A DNA stretch of 64,000 nt from an uncultured Oscillospiraceae bacterium (GTDB taxonomy: Bacteria > Bacillota > Clostridia > Peptostreptococcales > Anaerovoracaceae). The stretch covers positions 24,285 to 88,284 of the forward strand of contig CAZUEH010000004.1 of assembly GCA_964619315.1 (NCBI GenBank), in the 5' to 3' direction. The translations under genes and the position numbers were made by a program. This document shows, piece by piece, positions 8,371 to 17,913 of this stretch (position 1 is the stretch's first letter; every line of letters starts with the position of its first letter). Below the pieces are notes generated by a model, which was not told where the DNA came from, did not search any database, and saw nothing but the letters and a program-made list of their open reading frames with translations.

Positions 8371-9767
8371 TATTTGCCCACAATGTTATACTTTTTTAAC
8401 TTGTGTTGTAAAGTTTGCCTTTTTATCTGCAAAAGTTCAGCAGCTTTTGAGATATTTCCGCTCGAATCAAGGAGGGCATCTCTAATTATTTTTATTTCAA
8501 CCTCTTCCATATATTTATCTAGAGGTGTGTTTTTTTCATAGCCTATGGCTGGAGCCTTGCTTTTCCTTGCATTTCTAGGCATTGCTAAACTTTTTTCAGT
8601 TAGCACGTGTTCATTTTCTCCCATGGACACCGCCTGCTCGATAATGTTTTCTAACTCTCTTACGTTTCCTGGATAGTCGTAATTTATAAGCTTTTTAACA
8701 GTTCCATCAGCAAGCATCCAGATTTCTTTGTCGAATCTTTCGTTATATTTTTGCAGGAATTTTTCTGCAAGTCGAGGGATATCATCAGGTCTTTCTCTAA
8801 GTGCAGGAATTTCTATATTAACAACATTTAGTCTATAAAATAAGTCCTTTCGTAGTTTCCCTTTGGAAATCAAGTCTTCTGGCGGTTCATTGACTGTTGC
8901 GATAATTCTTACATTGATAGGTATGTCTTTCGTTCCACCAACTCGTCTTATGTAATCTTCTTGCAAAACTCTAAGAAGCTTGCTTTGCAGATCATAAGGC
9001 ATTGCACTGATCTCGTCTAGCAAAAGGGTTCCGCCATTGGCCTGCTCAAACAATCCTTCTCTATCGACAGCTCCCGTAAACCCACCTTTGGACGTTCCGA
9101 AGAGGATTCCCTCCAGCAAAGACTCTGGTATTGCTGCGCAGTTTTGGGCCAAAAAAGGCCTATCTTTTCTCTTACCACTATAGTGTATGCTCTGGGCTAT
9201 CAGTTCTTTACCAGTTCCCGTTTCACCGTATATGAATACGGATGCGTCGTTTTCTGCCGCTTTACGAGCACGGTTAATTGCTATTTCAAACTCTTCATTT
9301 TCTCCAAAAATATCATCAAAGGTGTATCTCTTGATAGACCCTTTGTTTTCCGTCGTCGGTTGGCTCTTGCTTTGTTGCAATTCCAAGAGAGTATCAGACA
9401 TTCTTTGTATGTCAGTAATGTCCTTTGCGACCTCAATTGCTGCCACTGTTTCGCCCTCTACAACTATTGGAACGGTGCTGTTTATTGTAGTTATCTCTTT
9501 GCCGTAAAAGTTCTTATAGCTCTGTTGGCTCTTGACCGTGGCTTCCCCATTTAGCAAGGCTTTGAGCATGGTACTATCATTGTTTCGTACTTGCGGAAAG
9601 GCATCATGAAAGGATTTGCCAAGAACGTCTTCCATGTTGACTTTTTCCATAGAGGCCATGACATCGTTGTAAAATCGGCCAATTCCTTTTTTATCAACCA
9701 CATACACACCCTCATCTATAAGTTTTATAAGTTCTTCTATTATTTTTTCGTAATATTCTTTTTTCAT
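8370..9767 (-). CDS. sigma-54-dependent transcriptional activator (PAS sensor, AAA+ domain, Fis-type HTH)
   Basis: The ORF shows Walker A GETGTGKE, a GAFTGA-like loop GGFTGAV, and a C-terminal HTH AAELLQIKRQTLQHKLKKY. It has an N-terminal PAS-like domain and no receiver domain. I set the start at the ATG at 9765-9767, which follows a GGGGGA SD. The ORF track gives a GTG at 9779. Confidence 0.85.
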   Translation of the reverse strand: MKKEYYEKIIEELIKLIDEGVYVVDKKGIGRFYNDVMASMEKVNMEDVLGKSFHDAFPQVRNNDSTMLKALLNGEATVKSQQSYKNFYGKEITTINSTVPIVVEGETVAAIEVAKDITDIQRMSDTLLELQQSKSQPTTENKGSIKRYTFDDIFGENEEFEIAINRARKAAENDASVFIYGETGTGKELIAQSIHYSGKRKDRPFLAQNCAAIPESLLEGILFGTSKGGFTGAVDREGLFEQANGGTLLLDEISAMPYDLQSKLLRVLQEDYIRRVGGTKDIPINVRIIATVNEPPEDLISKGKLRKDLFYRLNVVNIEIPALRERPDDIPRLAEKFLQKYNERFDKEIWMLADGTVKKLINYDYPGNVRELENIIEQAVSMGENEHVLTEKSLAMPRNARKSKAPAIGYEKNTPLDKYMEEVEIKIIRDALLDSSGNISKAAELLQIKRQTLQHKLKKYNIVGK

Positions 9768-9795
9768 CGCTTCCCCCACTCACTCACACGTTAAT

Positions 9796-9834
9796 ATTTT
9801 ATCACATATTTGCCAAGAGTGCAAATATTTTTGC
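9796..9834 (-). promoter_or_regulatory. candidate sigma-70 promoter of the activator gene, overlapped by a third copy of TGCAAATATTTTTGC
   Basis: On the minus strand the -35 is TTGCAC (plus 9819-9824), the spacer is 17 nt, and the -10 is TAAAAT (plus 9796-9801). The third exact 15-mer at 9820-9834 overlaps the -35. Confidence 0.45.
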
Positions 9835-9907
9835 AGTTTTTATTTCTTGAAAATTGTCTCATTTCCTGTCATAATATAAAGGTCACAGTAAAGAAAGGAC
9901 TTCACCT

Positions 9908-10231
9908 ATGAGACTCAGAAAAGATTCCAACGAAATACAAGAAGACGATATCATGCTTATCGCTAAAGTGTCCGACGCATTGGCGCACCCTGCAAGAATA
10001 AAAATATTCCGCTACATAATGCAGGCAAACAAAGCTATGGTTTCCGTATGTAACAAGGACCTTGTTGAGCACTTCGACTACGCTCAGGCCACAATTTCTC
10101 AGCACACAAAAAAATTGGCTGAGTCAGGTCTTCTAGAAATTAAAAAGAAGGACAAGTTTTCTTACTACTATGCTAACTTGGGAATGCTTATGCAGTACCT
10201 TAACGCTACAAAGAAGTTTTCCGTATCCTAA
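9908..10231 (+). CDS. ArsR/SmtB-family winged-helix transcriptional regulator
   Basis: The 107 aa ORF contains ALAHPARIKIFRYI ... ISQHTKKLAESGLLEIKKKDKFSYY, typical of the ArsR HTH. An alternative start at 9953 is possible. Confidence 0.7.
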   Translation: MRLRKDSNEIQEDDIMLIAKVSDALAHPARIKIFRYIMQANKAMVSVCNKDLVEHFDYAQATISQHTKKLAESGLLEIKKKDKFSYYYANLGMLMQYLNATKKFSVS

Positions 10232-10335
10232 GGATAGGTGCTACACTTCTACATACGTATAGAATTAATAAACCCCAAGGGGCTTGCGTTTTGTTGCAAA
10301 ACCACCTTGAGGTTTTTTATTTTTTGTACTTACCC

Positions 10336-13300
10336 TTATATTACTAAGTCGCTTACATCTATATCTTCTTCTTTGATGTATTTGAACTTCTTGCCAGTAA
10401 ATAGGTCATATATTACCGGTACTACTAAGAGCGTTAGCAGCGTTGCATAGACTAGGCCGCCTATACATACCAGTGCGATTGGCTGCATCATGTCCGTTCC
10501 TGCCGTTCTTCCCATCGCCATAACTATAAGCCCTAAGATCGTTGTCAAACTGGTCATAATTACTGGTCTTATACGAGTTGCAGCGCCCTCTATTATTGCT
10601 TGTCTCTTTTCCATTCCTTGTGTTCTAAGCTGGTTGATATAGTCTACCATAACGATTCCGTTGTTTACGATTATACCCACAAGCATTATCAATCCCAACA
10701 TTGCAATTATACTTATTTCTTTGCCGAATATGATAAGTGCTAATAGTCCTCCTGTAAACGCAAGCGGTATGGTGAACATTACTATAAACGGAGAACGCAG
10801 CGACTGGAATTGAGCTACCATTATCAGGTAAACTAACAAAATTCCTAGGAGAAGCATCTCGAGCAAGTCTCCCATGGCATCCATGATCATTTCATTTTCG
10901 CCACTAAATTCTATGTTAACGCCTTTTGGCGCTTCGTAATCAGCCAAGGCATCTTCAGCGTCCTGTGTAATCAATGTTACATTGTGGCCTTCTTCTACTT
11001 CTCCAGTAACCGTCAAATAGGTTCTTTGGTTTACTCTGGAAATAGATGGCAAGGTTTGAATTTCTTCCATGTTTGCCACTTCGGAAAGTTTAACCGATGT
11101 TACACTGCCATTAAGATCTTTTCCCTCGATTCTCAAGTTTTTAAGAGCTTCTGCGGAAATATTATTAGCATCTGCTTCGGAAACTACAACATCATAATTG
11201 TTACCTTCCATAAGCAGCGTGGTCGCCGTAGTCTCAGTATTCAACAACTTAGCCACCTGCATGTAAACTTGCGCTACCGTCAGCCCATTTCTCATGGCCT
11301 TTTCTTTGTCTATTGTAAAATGAATTTCTGGTTCTGCTTCTAACAATCCATTATCTACCGTCTTTATGCCTTCTACCTGTTCCAAGATGCCGCCTACTTC
11401 TTGAGCAGTCTTTTGAAGAACCTCTGCATCATTGCAGTAGATTTCGATTCCAACTCCGCTTCCACCTAAGGCAGAAGTATAAGAGGTCATCGATGAAGCG
11501 CTTAGCATTTCTACTTTGCAGTCTAAATCTTCGCACACCTTCTCTATGTCTTTGCAAATGTCTCCGCCACTTCTATTGGACTTTTCATCTACAATTACAT
11601 ATAAGCTTACCGCATTAGTTGCCGTCTCACCTGTAAGGGCGTTGTTCGAGGACAACATTCCTCCAACCGTATCTACACCTTCAACCTGTTCTATTTTTTC
11701 AAGAACCTGATCAGCCATCTCCTTCGTTTCTTCCGTTTTGGCTTCCTCGTTATTCATCGTCATAGTCCCTGAAAGTTGAGGTGTTGCCATATCCGGTATA
11801 AATATGAATCCTTTTGCAACAGATGCCACTACACTAAATATGAGCAGTGCCACAACAAGAATCAATATAGCCGCTTTGTGCTTTAGATTCCATTGCACGA
11901 ATTTCATATATTTAATCTTGAAAGCGTCGAACCTTTTGCCTTCAGGTTTCATTTCGTTCTTAAACAACATTGACGCCATTGCTGGTACCAAAGTAAGAGC
12001 AATAACCAAACTGGCAAGAAGCGAATAAGTTATAGTCAATGCCATGTCAGTAAATAACTGCCTTGTTATTCCCTGTACGAAAACTATCGGAGCAAATACA
12101 CAAACCGTAGTCAATGTAGATGAGGCAATAGCTGCCGAAACCTGCTTGGCCCCTGCAACTGCCGCTTTCTTTGGCGGCACTCCCATTCTCCTAAGCCTGA
12201 AAATGTTTTCTATAACTACTATGGAGTTATCCACCAACATACCCACCGCCACGGCGAGACCTGCCAGGGAAATCATATTTAGGGTTACACCAGAAAAATA
12301 CATGAGCACTATGGCAAACATTATACTTATCGGTATACTCAACAACGTTATAAATGTAGGCTTAATATCCCTTAGGAATATAAGCAGAATCACTACTGCA
12401 AACAAGGCCCCAAATCCCAAACTTTGAGCTATGGCTCCTATTATAAGATAGATGTAGTCTCCTTGATCCATCATCGTAGTAAACTGAAGACCTTCGTATT
12501 CTGCAGAAAGTTCTTCAAATTTATCACTTAAATTATCGGATACGGTAGCCGTTGGATAGTTTGACTGTTTTGAAAATGTCAACATGACTCCAGGGTTTCC
12601 GTTGATGCTAGCATATATGGAGTCCAAATTGTCTGCCATAAATACATCTGCTACGTCATTTAGAGTTATTTCGCCTAAGCCCTCGATGTCCATCAAGAAT
12701 AGGTTTTCAATATCCTCAAGACTTGTAAACTCATCACCAACACTTACTAAGTATTTAGCTCCGTTCTCTTGTATATATCCTGCCGGCATAGAGAAGTTTT
12801 GTCCTTGCAAAATGCCTGATACCATTTCCATGTTTATCATTGAACCCAAGTCCGCTTGAGCCAATGCTACGTTGCCTGCCGCATTGATTTGTCCCATGGC
12901 ATTATTGAGTTTGCCCTTTTGCTCTAAAAGCTGTCCTTGAGCGTCCTCGAGTTGGGAGTATGCTTCGTCAAATGAGTCTTGCGCAACGTAACTTCCTTTT
13001 TCTGCTTCCTTGTAGGCCTGCTTCAACGCTTTAACACGCATGTCAGCCTCTGCCGCAGATCCCTTTAGCTGTTCAATTTGCTGTTGCAAATTTGTTAAAT
13101 CTGCATTGTTACCAGCTTCATCAACGAGCGCTTCCAATACAGAAAGCTGCACATAAAGAGAGCTAGCCTGTGCAACGGCAGCATCAAGTTCTGCACTTAT
13201 AGAGGCAAGCTGATCATATGTGCCATCTTTTGTCTGGTCAAGTTCTGTCTTGGCCTCCGAAAGTTTTGCTTCAGCCTGTTTAATTTGCTTTAGCCCTGTG

Positions 13301-13941
13301 TTTACTTGCGATTTGGCGTTGGCCAAAGATTTGTTTGCCTTGCCCAAAAGTTTTTCATTCAGAGCCTCTATCTTAGCTTCGTTTATCGAAACATTTATTT
13401 TTGTTTCAACAAGGCCCTGCGTGCTAATGCTTGCAACACCTGTCGTTCCTTCTAATTCATTGATTAGTGTATCTTTAACAAAAGCAGAAAGTTCTTCTGT
13501 ATCATAACCTTCCACATCAACTGCCGCTATGGTTATTGGCATCATGGTCGGATTTATTTTCATTATATTTGGTGACCCTACGGCATCTCCCCAAGATCCC
13601 TCTATAAGGTCCTTCGTTTGTAATATGCTCACCACCGAGGTGTCCATATTTGCATCCGTTTCAAATTCCAGCATTATCATTGAATAATTGGCGCTAGAAA
13701 TGGATTGCATGCTTTTTAAATTTTCCGTTGTGGAAAGTCCTTGTTCCAAAGGTTTTGTAACAGTAGCTTCTACCTCCTCAGGAGTCGCTCCTGGATATGT
13801 AGTCATAACTACTACATAAGGTAAATCAATGCTTGGCATTAAATCTGGAGTCATCCCCAGTATTGAAACAACGCCTAAGGCTATGATTATTATTAATGTG
13901 ACAAAAATTGTCATCGGTTTTTTAACACTAAATTTTGGCAT
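10336..13941 (-). CDS. RND-superfamily efflux transporter (AcrB/SwrC-like permease) with a coiled-coil insertion of about 170 aa in the first extracytoplasmic loop
   Basis: The 1201 aa ORF has a 12-TM, two-large-loop RND layout with conserved TM4-like segments (LVDNSIVVIENI, IVNNGIVMVDYI). Residues about 197-370 (nt 12832-13353) are heptad-like and rich in Ala, Gln, Glu and Lys. Confidence 0.85.
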   Translation of the reverse strand: MPKFSVKKPMTIFVTLIIIIALGVVSILGMTPDLMPSIDLPYVVVMTTYPGATPEEVEATVTKPLEQGLSTTENLKSMQSISSANYSMIMLEFETDANMDTSVVSILQTKDLIEGSWGDAVGSPNIMKINPTMMPITIAAVDVEGYDTEELSAFVKDTLINELEGTTGVASISTQGLVETKINVSINEAKIEALNEKLLGKANKSLANAKSQVNTGLKQIKQAEAKLSEAKTELDQTKDGTYDQLASISAELDAAVAQASSLYVQLSVLEALVDEAGNNADLTNLQQQIEQLKGSAAEADMRVKALKQAYKEAEKGSYVAQDSFDEAYSQLEDAQGQLLEQKGKLNNAMGQINAAGNVALAQADLGSMINMEMVSGILQGQNFSMPAGYIQENGAKYLVSVGDEFTSLEDIENLFLMDIEGLGEITLNDVADVFMADNLDSIYASINGNPGVMLTFSKQSNYPTATVSDNLSDKFEELSAEYEGLQFTTMMDQGDYIYLIIGAIAQSLGFGALFAVVILLIFLRDIKPTFITLLSIPISIMFAIVLMYFSGVTLNMISLAGLAVAVGMLVDNSIVVIENIFRLRRMGVPPKKAAVAGAKQVSAAIASSTLTTVCVFAPIVFVQGITRQLFTDMALTITYSLLASLVIALTLVPAMASMLFKNEMKPEGKRFDAFKIKYMKFVQWNLKHKAAILILVVALLIFSVVASVAKGFIFIPDMATPQLSGTMTMNNEEAKTEETKEMADQVLEKIEQVEGVDTVGGMLSSNNALTGETATNAVSLYVIVDEKSNRSGGDICKDIEKVCEDLDCKVEMLSASSMTSYTSALGGSGVGIEIYCNDAEVLQKTAQEVGGILEQVEGIKTVDNGLLEAEPEIHFTIDKEKAMRNGLTVAQVYMQVAKLLNTETTATTLLMEGNNYDVVVSEADANNISAEALKNLRIEGKDLNGSVTSVKLSEVANMEEIQTLPSISRVNQRTYLTVTGEVEEGHNVTLITQDAEDALADYEAPKGVNIEFSGENEMIMDAMGDLLEMLLLGILLVYLIMVAQFQSLRSPFIVMFTIPLAFTGGLLALIIFGKEISIIAMLGLIMLVGIIVNNGIVMVDYINQLRTQGMEKRQAIIEGAATRIRPVIMTSLTTILGLIVMAMGRTAGTDMMQPIALVCIGGLVYATLLTLLVVPVIYDLFTGKKFKYIKEEDIDVSDLVI

Positions 13942-14057
13942 TCTTGATTGCCCCCCTCGTAAGCTTATCGTTCATTCTAACATATTTCCACTGCACATGT
14001 AAGATACAAGTTACAATAAACCACCTTTATTATCGTCTCACTTATAATCTCCACCAT

Positions 14058-14090
14058 AAACAACAAAACGCCCACCATATGGTGAGCGTT
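14058..14090 (-). terminator. intrinsic terminator downstream of rpsI
   Basis: The minus strand reads AACGCTCACC-ATAT-GGTGGGCGTT followed by TTGTTGTTT. Confidence 0.6.
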
Positions 14091-14125
14091 GATTGTTTGA
14101 AAGTATAAATTGTCTCTTTCGCAGA

Positions 14126-14521
14126 TTAACGCTTTGAGAACTGGCTTGCTCTTCTTGCTTTTTTCAAGCCGTATTTTTTTCTTTCTTTCATTCTTGAGTC
14201 TCTTGTTAAGAAACCTGCTGCCTTTAGAGGAGCTCTAAAGCTTTCTCTATCAGCTACGCAAAGCGCTCTTGAGATACCGTGTCTCAACGCACCAGCTTGG
14301 CCTGTAAATCCACCACCGAATACTGTAGCAACTACGTCGAACTTGCCTTCGCATCCAGCGATCTCGAAAGGTCTTCTAACCTCTCTCTTTACGATTTCCA
14401 TTCCAAAATAATCTTCTAAATCTTTTTTATTAACAGTGATTTTTCCAGTTCCGGGAATCAGTCTGACTCTAGCAACTGAACTTTTTCTTCTGCCTGTTCC
14501 TTGATATTGAATCTTTGCCAT
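14126..14521 (-). CDS. rpsI: 30S ribosomal protein S9
   Basis: 131 aa. The N-terminus reads [21 protein letters not shown]... and the C-terminus is [12 protein letters not shown]. Confidence 0.95.
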   Translation of the reverse strand: MAKIQYQGTGRRKSSVARVRLIPGTGKITVNKKDLEDYFGMEIVKREVRRPFEIAGCEGKFDVVATVFGGGFTGQAGALRHGISRALCVADRESFRAPLKAAGFLTRDSRMKERKKYGLKKARRASQFSKR

Positions 14522-14537
14522 TGCCTAATCCCCTTTC

Positions 14538-14966
14538 CTAAAAATTCAAAGTTTCTGGTTTCTGTGCAGTGTGAGCATGCTCAGGACCTGCATAAACCTT
14601 TAACTTTTTAAACATCTGTCTACCTAGTTTTCCATCAGGAAGCATGCCTTTAACTGCGTGCTTGATGATTTCTTCTGGCTTGGTTGCTTGCAATTTTTCA
14701 AAAGTAGTTTCTCTTAAGCCACCTGGATATCCAGTATGTCTCTTGTAGATTTTCTCTTTTCTCTTCTTGCCTGTTACTGCTACTTTCTCAGCGTTAACTA
14801 CGATTACATAATCGCCACAATCAACGTGAGGAGTATAAGTAGGTTTGTTTTTGCCTCTAAGGATAGAAGCGATTTCGGAAGCCATTCTTCCGAGAGTTTT
14901 GCCTTCTGCGTCTACAACGTACCATTTACGTTCTACTTCAGCAGGCTTTGCGATAAATGATTTCAT
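14538..14966 (-). CDS. rplM: 50S ribosomal protein L13
   Basis: 142 aa, beginning [27 protein letters not shown]. It forms the conserved rplM-rpsI pair. Confidence 0.95.
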   Translation of the reverse strand: MKSFIAKPAEVERKWYVVDAEGKTLGRMASEIASILRGKNKPTYTPHVDCGDYVIVVNAEKVAVTGKKRKEKIYKRHTGYPGGLRETTFEKLQATKPEEIIKHAVKGMLPDGKLGRQMFKKLKVYAGPEHAHTAQKPETLNF

Positions 14967-15134
14967 CTGTTTCCCTTTCTACCTACTCGCTTTGATACAT
15001 TTCAAAGGGTTTCGGCTTTGTCTACTTGGATTTCGTCCCTATCTTCGAGGGCAAAATCGTTTTCGATATACTAAAACTTTTTAGTCTTGGGGCTCGGACG
15101 GATTCCCATCCTGCTCCCGAGCGCATAAAAGCGC
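14967..15134 (-). ncRNA. structured 5' leader of rplM-rpsI (candidate L13 ribosomal-protein leader)
   Basis: The untranslated leader is about 170 nt and lies downstream of a good promoter. It has several stem-loops on the minus strand, including AGCGC-TTTTAT-GCGCT, CTCGG-N21-CCGAG and CTTTGA-AATGTAT-CAAAG. L13 leaders are known in Firmicutes. No covariance model was run. Confidence 0.4.
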
Positions 15135-15140
15135 TTCTAT

Positions 15141-15169
15141 ATTATATAGCGTGGTCTTTGGAAAATCAA
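15141..15169 (-). promoter_or_regulatory. sigma-70 promoter of rplM-rpsI
   Basis: On the minus strand: TTGATT, a 17 nt spacer, then TATAAT. Confidence 0.6.
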
Positions 15170-15183
15170 TAGTTTTTTGCCGT

Positions 15184-16521
15184 TTACTTGATTTTTTCGA
15201 TAATACTTGCGGCTTTTGCCTTCAAAACCTCTTTTTCGTTAGGAACATCTTCATTTATCACTGCTTCTAAGAGATTTTCTAATATTTCTCCTATTTCTTT
15301 GCCCGGATTCATCCCCATGGCAAGCAAATCATCTCCATCCAGTTCCATGTCCTTTAGGGAGAAGCATTCTTTCCTCTCTATTATGGATTTTGCCATTTCT
15401 TCCAGCTGGTTATATTTTTCTTGTCTGCACCAATATTGTTGGCCTTGTCCCAAGTTATCTGCTCTTTTTAACTTCAATAGGTCTAAAAACGTTTCTGGCG
15501 AAAGTTTGTTTAAGGCCCTCTTTACCGATTTTTCGGTGGTGGCTATTTCCACTCCATGGTTTTTCACAAGTTCAACCACCGATGCTTTTGTAGCGTTGTC
15601 GAATTTAAGTCTTTCCATAATATCTTGCGTTATTTGTGCGCTGACCAGTTCATGTTTGTAAAAATGTCCTATTCCTTCCTCGTCTTGAGAGAAGCATCTT
15701 GGCTTTCCTATGTCATGAAGGAGTGCCGCAAGCCGCAACTCTAATTTGGGTTCAATAGCGTCTACGACTCCAAGTGTGTGTTCGTAGACATCGTATACGT
15801 GATGAGGATTTTTTTGGTTAAATCCTATGGCTTCTACGATTTCAGGAATTATGGTGCCTATTATCTCCGCTCCATTTGTTAAAACTTTTTTTGTATTCTT
15901 TGCACACAATAACTTGCAAAGCTCATCTCGGACTCTTTCCGCACTTATGTTTTTTAGAAGTTCTCTGTTGTTGTTTGCTTCTAATAATGTATCGCTTTCA
16001 ATTTCAAAACCTGTTACTGCAGCGAATCTCAATGCTCGCATTATTCTAAGTGCGTCTTCTTTGAATCTCGCGTCTGGTCGTCCAACACAGCGAATGATTC
16101 TTGCTTTAATGTCCTCTTGCCCGCCAAAGTAATCTACTATCCCATCCTCATAGTTAAAGGCTATGGCGTTCATTGTAAAATCTCGTCTTGCCATATCTTC
16201 CTTTATATTAGAGGTGAACTCAACCTTGTCTGGGTGGCGGTTGTCAGAATACCCATCCTCAATTCTATATGTAGTTATCTCTATCGGATTTCCTTCTATT
16301 ATAAGGGTGCTCGTTCCATGTGTGATTCCTGTTTCTACAATTTTATGGTCTTCAAAAACTTCTTTCATTTGCCATGGCAATGCAGAGGTTGTTATATCAT
16401 AGTCCATAGGGGTTTTGCCCATAAGACTATCTCTGACACAGCCTCCCACAATATATGCCTCAAAGCCGGCCTTGTGTAGGTCAGTCAAAACCTTATTTAT
16501 ATTTTTAGGTATCTTAATCAT
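15184..16521 (-). CDS. cca: CCA-adding tRNA nucleotidyltransferase (poly(A) polymerase family head plus HD domain)
   Basis: The 445 aa ORF has the motifs GGCVRDSLMG and DYDITT, and an HD motif LLHDIGKP. Confidence 0.85.
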   Translation of the reverse strand: MIKIPKNINKVLTDLHKAGFEAYIVGGCVRDSLMGKTPMDYDITTSALPWQMKEVFEDHKIVETGITHGTSTLIIEGNPIEITTYRIEDGYSDNRHPDKVEFTSNIKEDMARRDFTMNAIAFNYEDGIVDYFGGQEDIKARIIRCVGRPDARFKEDALRIMRALRFAAVTGFEIESDTLLEANNNRELLKNISAERVRDELCKLLCAKNTKKVLTNGAEIIGTIIPEIVEAIGFNQKNPHHVYDVYEHTLGVVDAIEPKLELRLAALLHDIGKPRCFSQDEEGIGHFYKHELVSAQITQDIMERLKFDNATKASVVELVKNHGVEIATTEKSVKRALNKLSPETFLDLLKLKRADNLGQGQQYWCRQEKYNQLEEMAKSIIERKECFSLKDMELDGDDLLAMGMNPGKEIGEILENLLEAVINEDVPNEKEVLKAKAASIIEKIK

Positions 16522-16644
16522 GGATCACCTCCGGCTAACAATGTTACTTTAGTTTACCTCATATTTTAAATAAAATCAAAATTTCCTTGCGCTCTGCCGC
16601 TTTTGCTCATATAATTATTTCATTCGTTGTAAAGGAGAGACCTG

Positions 16645-17520
16645 ATGAAATCATACGCTAAAGTTATTCTTCCAATGCTTATATGGGGAACCCTCCCTAT
16701 TTTTGTAAGCAAAATTCCATTAAGTAGTGCCGAGATCGTAATGTGGAGAATTATATTCGGCTTTGCTTTTCTTGCTCTCATATTTTTGTTTACTAAAAAC
16801 AAAGCTGAGAAGGAAGTATATAAGAAGCTTTCTCCTCGATTGATTTTTACAGGGATGCTTATGGGCGCAAACTGGGTCGTTTTGTTTGAAGCTTATCGCT
16901 GTGTCGATGTAAGCGTGGCAACTTTAGTTTACTATATGGCTCCAGTCTTTGTAATGGCTGCTTCTGTTTTTCTTTTTAAGGAAAAGGCGGGGCTTATAAA
17001 GATTTTGGGGATGTCCGCCGCCCTCATAGGAATGTTCATTGTAACTGGAGTAAACATGGGTGGAGCCGATCCCGCAAGAGGTATGATGCTAAGCTTGGCT
17101 TCGGCGATTCTTTATGCTTCTGTAACACTAATGAATAAAATCACTAAAGGCCTTTCGGGTCTTGAAATGACAATTATACAACTGATAGGTGCTGCCCTCG
17201 TTGTAATTCCTTATACTGTCGTAACTCATCAGGGGCCTTGGCTCAACATCGCATCTGAAGCGGGCATTTTTACTATTATTATAGGTCTTGTTCACACAGG
17301 AATAGCTTTGTACCTATACTTCTCGGCTATTCAGGAATTACCTGCTCAAAGCGTCGCTCTTTGTAGCTATATAGATCCTGCCTCAGCTTTGTTCTTTGCT
17401 GCAATTTTCTTGGGAGATGTCTTGTCACCTTTTCAGATTTTCGGAGCGCTGCTCATCTTAGGTGGTGCTGCTATTGGAGAAATTTTAGGAAACAATCGAG
17501 AGAAAGTTCTCAAAGAATAA
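16645..17520 (+). CDS. EamA/DMT-family transporter
   Basis: The 291 aa ORF has about 10 hydrophobic segments in a duplicated EamA-like arrangement. It has a TTGCGC-17-TATAAT promoter and an AGGAGA SD upstream. Confidence 0.75.
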   Translation: MKSYAKVILPMLIWGTLPIFVSKIPLSSAEIVMWRIIFGFAFLALIFLFTKNKAEKEVYKKLSPRLIFTGMLMGANWVVLFEAYRCVDVSVATLVYYMAPVFVMAASVFLFKEKAGLIKILGMSAALIGMFIVTGVNMGGADPARGMMLSLASAILYASVTLMNKITKGLSGLEMTIIQLIGAALVVIPYTVVTHQGPWLNIASEAGIFTIIIGLVHTGIALYLYFSAIQELPAQSVALCSYIDPASALFFAAIFLGDVLSPFQIFGALLILGGAAIGEILGNNREKVLKE

Positions 17521-17537
17521 TTTGAGTTTAGAATTCT

Positions 17538-17564
17538 GCCCCGATAAACGTCGGGGCTTTTTTA
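17538..17564 (+). terminator. intrinsic terminator after the EamA gene
   Basis: GCCCCGA-TAAACG-TCGGGGC followed by TTTTTT. Confidence 0.7.
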
Positions 17565-17656
17565 GTTGCGGGCATCTCGTACTTGGTTGAAATTACTCAT
17601 TTTAAGTGGAAAGACTGGCAAATTAATTAAATTTTCAGAAAATTCAGTAAAAACGC

Positions 17657-17685
17657 TTGACATTGGTTTTTCACTATTATATTAT
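17657..17685 (+). promoter_or_regulatory. sigma-70 promoter of the ABC-importer operon
   Basis: TTGACA (17657-17662), a 17 nt spacer, then TATTAT (17680-17685). It lies about 290 nt upstream of the first structural gene. Confidence 0.55.
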
Positions 17686-17716
17686 TTAGCTACAATATTT
17701 GAAAGGGAGAACTAAA

Positions 17717-17827
17717 ATGACGCTTAGAGTATCACTTGCGGCAACTGAATATTTTGCATACTTTAGAAGCATGGTACATTTTTACCTTGCTTACTTTACA
17801 ATCGCAAAATTAAACACTGCTGCATAA
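17717..17827 (+). CDS. candidate 36-aa leader peptide rich in Tyr-Phe pairs
   Basis: Not in the ORF track because it is under 60 aa. An AGGGAG SD lies 8 nt upstream of the ATG. Translation: MTLRVSLAATEYFAYFRSMVHFYLAYFTIAKLNTAA. The peptide has 4 Tyr and 4 Phe within 16 residues, as YF, YF, FY, YF. Confidence 0.35.
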   Translation: MTLRVSLAATEYFAYFRSMVHFYLAYFTIAKLNTAA

Positions 17828-17877
17828 AAGCAAATTTTAGCACTCAACGTTTTCCTAATCCATAAATGTGAAACTAG

Positions 17878-17913
17878 CTCATTTGCAAACTATGCAAGTG
17901 AGTTCTTTGTTTT
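17878..17913 (+). terminator. intrinsic terminator inside the 5' leader (candidate attenuator)
   Basis: CTCATTTGCA-AACTA-TGCAAGTGAG forms a 10 bp stem with one G-U pair. It is followed by TTCTTTGTTTT. It sits 50 nt after the leader-ORF stop and 65 nt before the SBP start. Confidence 0.55.
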
